Shown here: piece by piece, positions 19,999 to 30,534 of the stretch | How the letters are laid out: each line of letters starts with the position of its first letter | Position numbering within the stretch: position 1 is the stretch's first letter | From: Candidatus Binatia bacterium | GTDB taxonomy: Bacteria; Desulfobacterota; Binatia; HRBIN30 | Direction: 5' to 3' | NCBI GenBank assembly: GCA_038245295.1 | Contig: JBBRSP010000028.1 | Location: 18,732-82,731 of the forward strand | DNA: 64,000 nucleotides | The notes under the pieces: generated by a model | What the model saw: only the letters and a program-made list of their open reading frames with translations | What the model was told of the DNA's origin: nothing | Database searches by the model: none | Translations under genes and position numbers: made by a program

Positions 19999-21414
19999 AT
20001 GAAGCGAGCGCGATTGTACATTCTTGCGGCAGCCATCACGGTGCTCGCCGCTTGCGGCGAAGATTCGTCCGGTGGGGCAGCCAGCGGCGGGGGCACACCG
20101 GAGCCTCAAGCCGCATGGGGGCCGAGCATCGTCTATCCGACCGCACGCAGGGCGAACTCTCGTGGCTATCTCGACCGGCGCGGCCTCATCCATGCGCACA
20201 GCTATTATTCGCACGACGCGTGCGACAATGAGCCGGTGAAGAACGGCCAGCGTGACCCGATCTGTTTCGACGACTTCCGCCGCGGCTTGTGCCAGTCGCA
20301 GCACGATTTCGTGATGCTGTCGGATCACAGCGCATCGTTCTCCGAGTACGAGTTCCCGGATGTGCTGCTCTACCGGCCGGATCGTGGCGATCGCCTGGTC
20401 AACCGCAACACCAAACCAGTCGCTTCGTGGGCCAGCTGCCCGGATGGTAGCTCCGCCCTGGTCATGGCGGGTGCCGAGTCAGGTTTCATGCCAGTCGGGC
20501 TGGAAGAACACGTCGCCGCATCGGTTGACGAACGCAATGCGATCTACACCAGTAAGACTCTCAACGCTCTCGAGGCGCAGCGCAGCAAGGGTGCGGCGAT
20601 TCTAATCGCCCACCCGGAAGACTGGACCGCGGACCAACTCGGCACCCTGCCGATCGACGGCTTTGAGATGTACAACCTGCACGCCAATCTGCTGCGCAAC
20701 CCGGGCCCGGCGCTCGAGTTGCTCTTGCGCGTCGACCAGGGCGATCCGCAACTACCGCATTCCGATCTGATCCTGCTGTCGCTGATCACCGAAGACCCGC
20801 GTTACCTGAGCCGCTGGGGCTCGGTACTGGCGAGCGGCGTCAAACGCACGACCACCATGGGCACCGATTGCCACCGCAACACGTTCACGGCGATCCTGCC
20901 GGACGGCGAACGCGGCGACAGCTACCGGCGCTTGATGCTGTGGTTCTCCAACCACCTGCTGATTCGCCCTGAAGTCAACGGCACGTGGGATGATCGGCAT
21001 GTGAAGGAGGCACTGAAAAACGGGCGACTCTACGGCGCCTTCGAGGTCATGGGTTATCCCGACGGCTTCGACTACCATGCGCAAGCCGGCAACAGTGTCT
21101 TCGAGATGGGTGGTGAGATCAACCTGGCGCAACACCCGGTGCTGCAAGCAACGGCGCCGAAGGTTCACAATCTCAACCCAGAGCGCACACCGCCGCAGAT
21201 CAAGACACGCTTGCTGCGCGCCATCCCGGGCGGCTTCGAAAGCGTTGCCGAAGGAGAGTCAGGGGTGTCGTTCACGCCTAGTATTACCGGCGCGTATCGC
21301 GTCGAAGTCCGCATGGTGCCGCGTCACCTGCGCGAAGACCTCGGTCGCGATGCCGACAAATTGCTCGCCAAGGACTACGTGTGGATCTACTCGAATCCTA
21401 TCTATGTGCGCTGA
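19999..21414 (+). CDS. Lipoprotein with PHP-like metallohydrolase domain
   Basis: LAAC lipobox; HAHSYYSHD, SDH, AHP, GTDCH; ends YSNPIYV. Confidence 0.72.
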   Translation: MKRARLYILAAAITVLAACGEDSSGGAASGGGTPEPQAAWGPSIVYPTARRANSRGYLDRRGLIHAHSYYSHDACDNEPVKNGQRDPICFDDFRRGLCQSQHDFVMLSDHSASFSEYEFPDVLLYRPDRGDRLVNRNTKPVASWASCPDGSSALVMAGAESGFMPVGLEEHVAASVDERNAIYTSKTLNALEAQRSKGAAILIAHPEDWTADQLGTLPIDGFEMYNLHANLLRNPGPALELLLRVDQGDPQLPHSDLILLSLITEDPRYLSRWGSVLASGVKRTTTMGTDCHRNTFTAILPDGERGDSYRRLMLWFSNHLLIRPEVNGTWDDRHVKEALKNGRLYGAFEVMGYPDGFDYHAQAGNSVFEMGGEINLAQHPVLQATAPKVHNLNPERTPPQIKTRLLRAIPGGFESVAEGESGVSFTPSITGAYRVEVRMVPRHLREDLGRDADKLLAKDYVWIYSNPIYVR

Positions 21415-21566
21415 AAGATCCAGAAAAAGGGAGCAGGGTCGATGGAGGGAGTCGATCATTCCATACTCGCGAGGACGACGGCACCAAAAAACGGAGACCG
21501 AACCCTTTGCGGCAACATAGCTTGAAACGCGTCGCGCGACTCTGTTAACACCCGTCGCGTTCGCAC

Positions 21567-21639
<73 letters not shown>

Positions 21640-21724
21640 CCTTTTTCCCCCCACTCATCAAACATACCGAAGCTGGTTTGTGAACGACACGAATCAGCAG
21701 CCGACGATGCAACGTCAGCCGATT

Positions 21725-22486
21725 CTAGTGCGCACCAGGCATCGGCATCGTCTTCTTTTCGTAACCGGCCGGGATGTCGAACTCGGCGGCCGGGATGGCA
21801 CGCGGTTCGACCTTGGTCACCACCGTCTTGATATCGTTGAACTCGCTCTGCATCGGAAAACCGTCGATCTGAGCATACGCTTTGGCCGGTGACGCGGCGG
21901 CGGCGCCGCCCATCGAAGCCATCCGTTCCTGCAGCTTTTTGTAGTCGTCGCGTAACGCGTCAAACCCTTTGATGTCCTTGGTCGCCCAGACGACCATGTC
22001 GCCACGCCCACCCTTGGCCTCGTACTTTGTGCAGGTGTGCCCGGCGACGTCTTTCGTTTCGGTCGTCTTGGTCACGACGACCGGGGCCGGCGGATCGGCA
22101 CCAACACCGGCGCCCTTCATCATCTTCTCGACCATAGCTCGCTGCTCCGGCGGCATGCCCTTCATTTTCTCCTGCATCTGCGCCATCGCCGCATCGACCT
22201 GCTTGCTTGCCCCTTGCATCGTCTTCTCCATCTCGGAGAAGGTTATCTCGGTGTAGGTTTTCTTGGCCGTATCGATCGTGATGACCTTGTCCTGATCGCT
22301 GCGAATCAGGATGATCCGACCGCCACTATCGACAACCTTGAGCATCTTGGGGACGGCATAGGTTTGCGTCGTTCGTGGCGCACCGTTGGCACCCGTCATC
22401 GTGCTCTCCCAGTACAAACCCTGGGCCCGCACCGTCGCCGCGAGTGCGAAAAGTAATCCGACCACCATCGCCAATGTGATACGCAT
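21725..22486 (-). CDS. Secreted DUF4412-like protein
   Basis: Signal peptide, TETKDVAGHTCTKY, GFPM, FDIPAGY; GAGGA RBS. Confidence 0.75.
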   Translation of the reverse strand: MRITLAMVVGLLFALAATVRAQGLYWESTMTGANGAPRTTQTYAVPKMLKVVDSGGRIILIRSDQDKVITIDTAKKTYTEITFSEMEKTMQGASKQVDAAMAQMQEKMKGMPPEQRAMVEKMMKGAGVGADPPAPVVVTKTTETKDVAGHTCTKYEAKGGRGDMVVWATKDIKGFDALRDDYKKLQERMASMGGAAAASPAKAYAQIDGFPMQSEFNDIKTVVTKVEPRAIPAAEFDIPAGYEKKTMPMPGAH

Positions 22487-22631
22487 CCAATGTATTCCTC
22501 CGCGAACGACTTCATTTCCCGCCGTCACCGGGAAATCAAGCGGCAAACGCCGGCAAATCGAGATTGCAAGAATTTGATTGATCAACTAACGCCAGCCAGT
22601 ACGATAGGCGGACCGAGAGTCCTGGAGGATC

Positions 22632-24191
22632 GTGAAGAAGCATACACTGTTATTTATGGCCGTCGCGTTGTGCACAGCGGCAGTCCTGCTCGTCTGGACC
22701 GGGACCGACGCTGGAGCCGACAAGCGGCCGCCATTGGCCGTGGAAAGCTCCACTGTCGATCCCGCAACGGCTGAACGGCTGACGCAGGACGCGGAAGCCC
22801 GCTTCCAAAAGGGTGACCTTTTGGGGGCGGCCGAACTAGCGACCAAGGCAAGCCGGCTCGATCCGAAATCGGCTCGTGCCCATCGTGTCCTCGGTTACCT
22901 GCATGCATCGCTCGGCAACGACCGCGAAGCGCAAGCTGATTTTGAACACGCCGCGACCCTCGAACCGAACCAGCGTGTTACCCTGGCTGACTATCACCTG
23001 GCGCGCGCCTGGGCGGAGTTGCAAAACGACTTGCGGCGCCGGCCGCCGGACGCCGAAGTAGCAGAACGACTGCGGGGGCTCGCGGCATTGGCCGATGTAA
23101 ATCCCGAGCTCAAAGCGTTGCTTGATAGCGCCGACAACGACGCGACCATGCCTGTCCCCGACCTGATCCCACCGCTGCTGCTGACCGATAGCGGCAAGCA
23201 GGCTCTGGTTGTGGAAAAACGTACCCAGACGGCGCGCCTCTACGCGCTGCGTGGCGGCAACCTCGTCGCTTTGCGGACCTACCCGGTGACAACCGGACAA
23301 GCCACCGGGAACAAGGAACATCGTGGCGACCGCCGCACACCAGATGGGGTGTATGCCATCACGGGTCTCCTGCCGGGAAAGCAGCTCCCCGACCTGTACG
23401 GCGACCTGGCCATGCCGCTCAGCTACCCAAATGCCTGGGACAAGATGCATGAGCACGACGGCGACGGCATCTGGATCCACGGTGCGAATCGCTTGAACCA
23501 ACCGTTTATTCCGCGCGCCACCAAGGGTTGTGTGGTCATGCGCAGCGAGGACTTGCGGGAGCTCGCCCATTTGATCGATCCAGGCATCACACCCGTGTGG
23601 ATCACCGAAGAGGTGGCCTATCGCACAGCCAAGGAATGGGCTTACAGCGTCGATCACATCTTCAATTCGATCTCACCCGACGGGCTGCTCGCCGTGGTTG
23701 CCGGGCCCGATTACACCACGGTGTTCCGCAAGGAAGGCGAATCCATCACCAGGCAGTTCCTTGATCCGTATTCGCCCTCGAAGGTGATCACAACCGAACA
23801 CACCGCGGCGATTTCTCCCGGCGATTGGGCTCAGCAGCTGGCAATCCTCAACCCGCAAGGCGCGCAAACGCTGCGTCGTGTCTTCGTCGTCGACCAGGAC
23901 GCCTTCCCAGCTGTGGTCATTGAAACCAGCGGCCCGGTCGAAGCCCGTGGCTTCGCCCCCGACCGCAATGACCGTTTCTACATCGACCTTGCCGGTGTCC
24001 GACCTGGGGCACTGCCGGAGACGGTGAAGGGAACCGGCCAGATGGTCAAACAGATCCGTATTGCCGCTGCCGAGCAGGAGCCGCCAGTGACACGGGTTGC
24101 CGTCGACCTCAACCGCCCCATGCACTACCGCATCTCGCGCCAAGGCAACAACACCGTTGTCTCGCTCAACGAGATAAACGAAGCGCGCTAA
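22632..24191 (+). CDS. L,D-transpeptidase (YkuD) with TPR and C-terminal AMIN-like domain
   Basis: GDRRTPDGVY, LSYPN, GIWIHG...TKGCV catalytic His/Cys; RFYIDL...TRVAVDL. Confidence 0.88.
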   Translation: MKKHTLLFMAVALCTAAVLLVWTGTDAGADKRPPLAVESSTVDPATAERLTQDAEARFQKGDLLGAAELATKASRLDPKSARAHRVLGYLHASLGNDREAQADFEHAATLEPNQRVTLADYHLARAWAELQNDLRRRPPDAEVAERLRGLAALADVNPELKALLDSADNDATMPVPDLIPPLLLTDSGKQALVVEKRTQTARLYALRGGNLVALRTYPVTTGQATGNKEHRGDRRTPDGVYAITGLLPGKQLPDLYGDLAMPLSYPNAWDKMHEHDGDGIWIHGANRLNQPFIPRATKGCVVMRSEDLRELAHLIDPGITPVWITEEVAYRTAKEWAYSVDHIFNSISPDGLLAVVAGPDYTTVFRKEGESITRQFLDPYSPSKVITTEHTAAISPGDWAQQLAILNPQGAQTLRRVFVVDQDAFPAVVIETSGPVEARGFAPDRNDRFYIDLAGVRPGALPETVKGTGQMVKQIRIAAAEQEPPVTRVAVDLNRPMHYRISRQGNNTVVSLNEINEAR

Positions 24192-25183
24192 CTTTCAGCG
24201 AGCGCGATCGATTCGACGCGCACTGCCGCGTGGCTGGCGGCAGCGCGGTAACAAGCCGCCGCAATCGCGGCGGCGCGCAATCCTTCTTCGAACGCAATCG
24301 GCATCGGGGCGCCGCGCCGCACGGCTTCGGTGAAATCGGCCACTGCCGCTCGCACCGTTGCAACCGGTGCGGGCAGGCTGAGCGACTCGACCTTCGTGCC
24401 CTGAACGAGCGTCGCGCTGTTGAGCACATGGTCGCCGATCAACTGGCCATGTTCACCGACGATCTCGATGCCGCCCGAGCGGCTCGCCGTGGCGCGCGAT
24501 CCCGCCACATTCGCCAGACCGACGCCGTCGCTCAGTCGCAGGACGACACTGAAGTTGTCCTCGCTGCGAGCGGTGCCGACCATCGACAGTTCGCAGCTGA
24601 CGGACTCGACTTCCAAGCCACTGAGAAGCCGAACGAGGTCGAAGCAGTGAACGCCGGTGTGGAGAATCATGCCACCACCGGCGATCGTCGGGTCATCGAT
24701 CCATCCCGGACGCGACGCCTCGAAGCGCTGCCCAATCCGCAACGAGTGAATGCGACCGATCGCCGGTCGCGACGCTAGCAACTGCTGGACGACACCGTTG
24801 TACCGCAACGTCTGCGCCACCATGACCGGAATTCCAGCAGCACGGGCGTGCGCCAACATCTGGCGGCCCGAGCTCATGCTCGGTGCCGCGGGCTTTTCCA
24901 GCAAAACCGGCTTCCCAGCGCGCGCCGCTGCCTCAATGATCCCCATGTGTAACGTCGGTGGAACCACCACAATAACGGCGTCGACGTCCGGCGATTGGAG
25001 CAACTCCTCGTAGTCGCCATAGAAGCGGCAGCCAAAGGCCGCCGCTTGTTGTTCACCGAGCACTGCGTCGCGCCGAGAAATCGCCGTCAAACGCAGCGTC
25101 GCCGAGAAATCATCACGAATATGATTGGCGTAACGAATACCGTGTTTGCCGACACCGATGAGTCCGAGATTCAAATATGCCAT
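24188..25183 (-). CDS. Gfo/Idh/MocA family oxidoreductase
   Basis: LIGVGKHG, PVLLEKP, GGGMILHTGVHCFD. Confidence 0.9.
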   Translation of the reverse strand: MAYLNLGLIGVGKHGIRYANHIRDDFSATLRLTAISRRDAVLGEQQAAAFGCRFYGDYEELLQSPDVDAVIVVVPPTLHMGIIEAAARAGKPVLLEKPAAPSMSSGRQMLAHARAAGIPVMVAQTLRYNGVVQQLLASRPAIGRIHSLRIGQRFEASRPGWIDDPTIAGGGMILHTGVHCFDLVRLLSGLEVESVSCELSMVGTARSEDNFSVVLRLSDGVGLANVAGSRATASRSGGIEIVGEHGQLIGDHVLNSATLVQGTKVESLSLPAPVATVRAAVADFTEAVRRGAPMPIAFEEGLRAAAIAAACYRAAASHAAVRVESIALAES

Positions 25184-25271
25184 TGCGTACTCCGTCGAAT
25201 TCCTGCGCCCCACCTGTCTCAACACTGCGACAGGTTTTGTCAAACCGCGACTTGCGCGTTAGAAGCTCGCG

Positions 25272-25961
25272 ATGGCCCCCAAAGCAGCCCCCCCTGCGCC
25301 GGCACGGCGACCGTTTGACATCGACGAGGTCATGCGTCGGCTGCGTCGCGATGCTCCCGGCTGGCATGCGCCCGTCGTCACCTTCATCGCGGTGCAGACC
25401 GGTGATCCGTATCGCGTGCTCATTTCGTGTCTCCTGAGTCTGCGAACCAAGGATGAAACCACCGGGCCGGCATCGCAACGGCTGTTCGCCTTGGCCGACT
25501 CCCCCGCGGCGATGGTGCGCCTCTCAATCGCCGAGATCGAGAAGGCGATTTTCCCGGTCGGGTTCTACCACACCAAGGCGCGGACGATTCTCGACGTCTC
25601 CAAGACGCTACTCGAGAAATACGACGGTACCGTACCCGACGATCTCGACGCCTTGCTCACCCTCAAGGGGGTCGGGCGCAAGACTGCCAATCTGGTGCTC
25701 ATCCAGGGGTTCAAGAAGCCCGGCATGTGCGTTGACACCCATGTGCACCGCATTTCCAATCGCTGGAACTATGTCCGCACCAAGGATCCGCTGGCCACGG
25801 AAATGGCGTTGCGCCGCAAACTGCCACCGTCGTATTGGCTCGATTACAACGACACCCTCGTCGCCTTTGGCCAGACCCTGTGCCAGCCAGTCTCGCCGTG
25901 GTGTAGTCGTTGCCCGATCATCGAATTTTGCCCGCGGCGCGGCGTCACACACCGCCGCTAA
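25272..25961 (+). CDS. nth: Endonuclease III
   Basis: LKGVGRKTANL HhH motif, VDTHVHR, C-x6-C-x2-C-x5-C FeS motif. Confidence 0.95.
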   Translation: MAPKAAPPAPARRPFDIDEVMRRLRRDAPGWHAPVVTFIAVQTGDPYRVLISCLLSLRTKDETTGPASQRLFALADSPAAMVRLSIAEIEKAIFPVGFYHTKARTILDVSKTLLEKYDGTVPDDLDALLTLKGVGRKTANLVLIQGFKKPGMCVDTHVHRISNRWNYVRTKDPLATEMALRRKLPPSYWLDYNDTLVAFGQTLCQPVSPWCSRCPIIEFCPRRGVTHRR

Positions 25962-26054
25962 CGCACGGGGGATTAGCGCAGGGCATTAGCTTGACTCCCC
26001 ATGGGGGGGCAGTTAGTAACGTCGGACTTTTCAGCTTTGGGCGAGGAATCATAA

Positions 26055-26978
26055 ATGCGACAGTGGTGGCACGAGTTTGGTAAGCGCGGGATGGTGGTCG
26101 CTTTAGCGTCGGGTCTTGCGGCATGCACCGCCGCCAAGCCGGTGGCAACGGCAAACCAGCAGGCGCTTTACCAGGAAACGGCGGTACCAACCGTCGGCGC
26201 GACGGCGACACCAACACCGCCACCGCCCAGTGCCGCTGGCGCCGCAGTACCGACCACGGCCGACGGCAAACCGGTAGCGGTCTCGACGCGCGCTGTCGGC
26301 ACCATCGACAAACCGAAACCAGGCCAGGTGATTGGTCCGCTGATTACACATCTGGGAGCGGCGCGTGCCGATGGCACCGGCGTTCCAGCCGTGATGGAAG
26401 GTGGCCTTCCAACCTTTACCACTTCCGCTGGCTCGGGGTTCATCCTGGTCATCGAGGCCAAAGCCGGCGTTGGCGGTCATGAGGTCGGACGCCGCGTCTA
26501 CGCGCACCTGAAGGACGACCCAACCGTACGTCCCGATCTCGAGATTCTCGTCAACCGCGATCTGGGTGACGGCAGCCCGGCTGTGTGCGACCGCATGAAG
26601 CCCAACATCGGCGGCATCCCCGGCAACGCCAAGACGGACTGGTCCGAGACGCAATCGGTGTCGGATCGTATCAATGACCTGACCTGTCGCTTCGAAAGCT
26701 TCAACGAGAGCGAGTCGTCGTGCACGCAAACCGCGAGCGGTGACTTCTCATTTCTCGCCAAGGATACGACGCAGCAGTTCTGCATGATCGTGGCGCGGGC
26801 TTGGGCCTTTCCCGAAGGCGACACGATTGTGAGCGTGCGGGTGCGCGATATGAAGGGGAACCCCGGACCGGTCAAGCAGATGCGCGTTCGCCGCATCGCC
26901 GCCCCCGTAAAAACTCCCCCACCGACGGCAAAGCCAACGCCTGCCAAACCGAAGTCTCTGCCTACACGCGGCATGTGA
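26055..26978 (+). CDS. Hypothetical lipoprotein with Pro-rich ends
   Basis: LAAC lipobox; several spaced Cys; first gene of a three-gene co-oriented cluster. Confidence 0.75.
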   Translation: MRQWWHEFGKRGMVVALASGLAACTAAKPVATANQQALYQETAVPTVGATATPTPPPPSAAGAAVPTTADGKPVAVSTRAVGTIDKPKPGQVIGPLITHLGAARADGTGVPAVMEGGLPTFTTSAGSGFILVIEAKAGVGGHEVGRRVYAHLKDDPTVRPDLEILVNRDLGDGSPAVCDRMKPNIGGIPGNAKTDWSETQSVSDRINDLTCRFESFNESESSCTQTASGDFSFLAKDTTQQFCMIVARAWAFPEGDTIVSVRVRDMKGNPGPVKQMRVRRIAAPVKTPPPTAKPTPAKPKSLPTRGM

Positions 26979-27010
26979 ACTCGCACGAAACGGCGAAAAG
27001 GAGCACCGCG

Positions 27011-27457
27011 ATGACAAAACCATACTGGATGCTAGCGGGGGTCCTCTTATTGAGCGGCTGTGGCGGCTGCGGCGAGACAACTGCCCCGCCTGCTGCGACG
27101 GCGGTTCCAGCGGCGGCCGCAGCCGCACCAATTGTGGCCAAGACGGCGGCACCGCCGCAAGGCACTCCCCAAGATGAAGAAGACTGCATCGTCATTGCGG
27201 ATGCGAACCCCGACTACGGTCCACCGCCGCTGTCCGTCGCCTTCACGGCGGAGGCGGAGTGCACAAGCGGCGCGGTCAAATACAAATGGGATTTCGGCGA
27301 CGGAACCAGCTCGACCGAGGCGAATCCGACTCACAGTTACACCAAGGTTGGCGACTACGAAGCGACGGTCACGGTGAACGCCGGCAAGGCGGAAGCTACC
27401 GACGAGATCGACATCACCGTTGAAGAAGGCGACGAGGAGGACGGGCAGGCCGACTAG
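27011..27457 (+). CDS. PKD-domain lipoprotein
   Basis: LSGC lipobox, YKWDFGDG...NPTHSY...G.Y..TVTV; AGGAG RBS. Confidence 0.85.
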   Translation: MTKPYWMLAGVLLLSGCGGCGETTAPPAATAVPAAAAAAPIVAKTAAPPQGTPQDEEDCIVIADANPDYGPPPLSVAFTAEAECTSGAVKYKWDFGDGTSSTEANPTHSYTKVGDYEATVTVNAGKAEATDEIDITVEEGDEEDGQAD

Positions 27458-27472
27458 GCGAGCTCGTTCTTT

Positions 27473-27766
27473 ATGCCGGCACCAGGGAAACGGCCGTCAA
27501 ACGCACTGCGTTGGCTCGTCGGTGTTGGCATTTCCATTCTGTTCGTCGGCGTCGTAATCTACCGTGGGTTACATCCCGGGGTTCGTTGCGAGGTATGCAT
27601 CGAGTTCCGCGGCAACCAGGCTTGCCGCACGGTCGACGGCTCAGAAGAGCGCGAGGTGAGAACCTCCGCCATCAACAACACATGCGCGCAGCTGGCTTCC
27701 GGCGTGACTGATTCGATGGCCTGTGAACGCACGGCGCCGTTCAAGGAGTCATGCAATCCGTTGTAG
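27473..27766 (+). CDS. Small membrane-anchored Cys-rich protein
   Basis: One TM helix followed by six Cys (CEVC...C...C...C...C). Confidence 0.7.
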   Translation: MPAPGKRPSNALRWLVGVGISILFVGVVIYRGLHPGVRCEVCIEFRGNQACRTVDGSEEREVRTSAINNTCAQLASGVTDSMACERTAPFKESCNPL

Positions 27767-27810
27767 GCGAAGACGATTGGACTCAATCCAAGCGAGATGA
27801 ACAGCAGACA

Positions 27811-27847
27811 AAAAAAGGGCGGGCTGCCAGAGGCAACCCGCCCTTTT
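27811..27847. terminator. Bidirectional rho-independent terminator
   Basis: aaaaaagggcgggctgcc-aga-ggcaacccgcccttt between convergent genes. Confidence 0.8.
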
Positions 27848-27863
27848 CCGTGGTGCAAGGAAA

Positions 27864-28196
27864 CTACGGGCGCTTGAAGAGGCTTTGCATCTTCATCGCC
27901 ATGCCCATGTCGCCGGCGATCTTCAGCTTGCCGCTCATGAAGGCCATCTGGCCGTTGAGCTTACCGCTGATCATGTCGACATAGTCCTGAGCCGCCAGGG
28001 TCATCGTCATGTTCGGGGACGCGTGGGCGCCTTCCGAGACGGTGGCCACGCCGTCCTTGATTGCCACGTGGTAGGTGCCGCCACCGTCGCCGCTGAGGTT
28101 GAACTGGATAACCGAGTTCATGCCCTTTGCCGCGTCGGGGTTGAGCTGCGCTGGCATTGCCGCAAAAATCGCCTTCACATCATCTGCTACTGCCAT
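27864..28196 (-). CDS. SCP2 sterol/lipid-binding domain protein
   Basis: IQFNLSGDGGG, GKLNGQMAFMSGKLKIAGDM; GGAGG RBS. Confidence 0.93.
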   Translation of the reverse strand: MAVADDVKAIFAAMPAQLNPDAAKGMNSVIQFNLSGDGGGTYHVAIKDGVATVSEGAHASPNMTMTLAAQDYVDMISGKLNGQMAFMSGKLKIAGDMGMAMKMQSLFKRP

Positions 28197-28327
28197 GGTC
28201 CTGTCCTCCCTTTTGCTCGTTGAAGCGCTCAGTCGAGCGCCTCCCATTACTCACTGACTCTGTCCTACCAATTCGTGATTGGCCGACGGACCCGTCCTGC
28301 TCACAACATCCCACTCGGCCAGCGGCA

Positions 28328-28356
28328 TTTTTATTTGAGGGCCATTTCTTTGTCAA
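28328..28356 (-). promoter_or_regulatory. Candidate sigma70 promoter for the SCP2 gene
   Basis: TTGACA-17 nt-TAAAAA on the minus strand, in an AT-rich patch. Confidence 0.55.
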
Positions 28357-28387
28357 CGCAGCCTGACGAATATTGTCCACACCCCCG

Positions 28388-29422
28388 TCAATGCGTTGGT
28401 CTTGGATTCGCTCCTGGTAGGGAACCAAGCATGACCGACGGCAGATTCAGCGTGCCGCCGATGTTCGAGTAGGCGAAATGACGCGCATTGATGTGCGCGT
28501 GCACCGGCATCCCCGGGCCATCGTGGATCTCGTAGTCGAGCGGCATCGGCCCGAGCAGCTGAAGCGCCTGGTGCAGCATCGCCGCGAAAATACGCCAACG
28601 CTCGGCGGGAACATCAACCAACCGCACCCAATCATGGGTCAGCACCACTTCGTAGCTGCGGGGGAATGTCCCGTAAGGACAGAAGTACGCGACACAGCCG
28701 TCCTGCTCCGCAAGCACGAAGCCGTGGTCGCGCGCGAAGTTGACTCCCTCGCCCCAGATCTGGCGATTTCCCGCCGTCGCCGCACGTTCAAACTCGGCAA
28801 CCGGGAAGACGATGTCGGAGCCGATCACTTGATTGTGGACATGCGGTTGCGAAGCGCCCGACTCACGGCCCTGATTCTTGCGAATCAACACGTGCCGCAC
28901 AGCTCGGTTCGAGTAGGAGCGGCGGGCGATTTCCACGTCGACCGCCAGGAGTGCCTGGAACTGTTCGAGCGGTAGCAAACTGCTGTAAAGCAAATCCTCG
29001 TGACCGCGGGGCTGATCGGCGAAGTGTCGCGGGTCCTCAATAACGACATACGATTCATTCTGCCCGCCGGTGCAGCATTCTGGAATCCGCGGGATCAAAT
29101 TGCGCACAGCGCGGATCACCCAGTCGGTCTTCCCGCCGGAATGGAAGATCTCCACAGGATGGCGACGCAAGACCTCGTCGGGGGAGAGCTGCTCGTTCCC
29201 GGGACAGAAGGGACATTGGCGGCGTGCTTCGGTCAACTCGGCAACGAGCCGCGTCGCGTATTCGATCGGGTCGACGGCAGGCGGATTCAGCAGGGCATCC
29301 TGAGCCTGGCGAGCGAAGCCACTGCGCTTCTTGTGAACGTGGGTAAAGTAGGTCACCGCCCCGGTAAACGGGTTGCGCACCCACACCAGGGCTCCATTGT
29401 CGCTGCGGAACTCGATCGGCAT
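28388..29422 (-). CDS. GalT-like HIT-superfamily nucleotidyltransferase
   Basis: CPFCPGNE, NQGRESGASQPHVHNQ (HxHxQ). Confidence 0.8.
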   Translation of the reverse strand: MPIEFRSDNGALVWVRNPFTGAVTYFTHVHKKRSGFARQAQDALLNPPAVDPIEYATRLVAELTEARRQCPFCPGNEQLSPDEVLRRHPVEIFHSGGKTDWVIRAVRNLIPRIPECCTGGQNESYVVIEDPRHFADQPRGHEDLLYSSLLPLEQFQALLAVDVEIARRSYSNRAVRHVLIRKNQGRESGASQPHVHNQVIGSDIVFPVAEFERAATAGNRQIWGEGVNFARDHGFVLAEQDGCVAYFCPYGTFPRSYEVVLTHDWVRLVDVPAERWRIFAAMLHQALQLLGPMPLDYEIHDGPGMPVHAHINARHFAYSNIGGTLNLPSVMLGSLPGANPRPTH

Positions 29423-29493
29423 CGGAAGGGCATCATTCGGGAGGACAGCCGATTAGGCAAGCCCTCCCCTAGGCTCGTCGCCTTGTGACTCTT

Positions 29494-30042
29494 CTATTGC
29501 CCCAGTGTCGTGAGATCGAGAGTCGTGCCTTCCTGGAGGCAAGGACTGTCGATATCGGATTCGAAAGTCCCGGTTTCGCCGCCTTGCAGGGTTGATGGGC
29601 TGACGGAGACCTCGCTGTGGAAACAAGGATTGCCCTGCCCCGGATCCAGCGAGCTGACGACCACGGCGACGCCCGTAGCGGCCGCACCGCCGGCATTTTT
29701 CACGATCCCAGAGACATGCATCGAGGTTGGCCCGCTGTGGTCGGACTTGCTACTGACGACAAGGAGCTTCGCGGGCCCGGCCGCCCCCGGTGTGGCAGTG
29801 CCATCGGCCGCTGCCTTCGCGGCGACATCCGCATCCTCACCGCCCGTAATCGGCTGTCGCGCCGGTAGGTTTCGCTCTTCTACATTACCGGCGTCCGCCG
29901 GCGCGTGATCCGCGAAATGAACGGTGCCACCCTTGTCCGTCCAGGTATAAACGGTTTGGGCCGCCAACGGAGAACCGACAGCAGTACTGGCCAACACGCC
30001 GATCGCCAAACATAGCTTCCAAGGCCGACCCATCATGCGCAA
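29494..30042 (-). CDS. Secreted DUF4124-domain protein with C-terminal Ig-like (FxLYD-like) domain
   Basis: VYTWTDKGGTVHFAD; VSGIVKN.G...L.GGETGTF. Confidence 0.75.
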   Translation of the reverse strand: MRMMGRPWKLCLAIGVLASTAVGSPLAAQTVYTWTDKGGTVHFADHAPADAGNVEERNLPARQPITGGEDADVAAKAAADGTATPGAAGPAKLLVVSSKSDHSGPTSMHVSGIVKNAGGAAATGVAVVVSSLDPGQGNPCFHSEVSVSPSTLQGGETGTFESDIDSPCLQEGTTLDLTTLGQ

Positions 30043-30131
30043 CGTTCTCGCCCTCCGAACCCCTACCTGTCAACGGCAATTTCGAGCCTCCACGGTTGAT
30101 TGGATTGATCGCGTGCTTAGTTTGACGACCT

Positions 30132-30518
30132 ATGATGGACTTACCTGAGGCCCTGACGGGCAAAGATGTCGCGCTTCGAGCCTTCGATAGCCTGTTTCAG
30201 AAGGCGGCGGCCAAGCTGCACGTCGAATGTTCGGAAGAAGATCAACGCGAAGCCAAACGCGACTTCGCTGAACGCTCCGCCGCCATGCTTGAGTTGCTCA
30301 ATGGGATCAACGTGCCCAGTTTCCCAGACGAGGTGATGCACAGCATGGAACAGTCGATGGATCGCTTATCGCCGTCCCAGTTGGTCGGTTACCTGGCAGC
30401 CCTGCCGCTGGCGGTGCAGGCTCAAGAGATCCTGAGGCAGATGTCCCATCAAGCTGCCGAGCAAAGCGTGATGAATTCATTGATCGCTCAAGCCGACGAC
30501 ACGTTTGGAGGCAACTAG
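30132..30518 (+). CDS. Hypothetical helical protein
   Basis: 128-aa ORF filling the gap between flanking genes, with protein-like composition. Confidence 0.65.
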   Translation: MMDLPEALTGKDVALRAFDSLFQKAAAKLHVECSEEDQREAKRDFAERSAAMLELLNGINVPSFPDEVMHSMEQSMDRLSPSQLVGYLAALPLAVQAQEILRQMSHQAAEQSVMNSLIAQADDTFGGN

Positions 30519-30534
30519 CTGTGCCCGCCATCAC

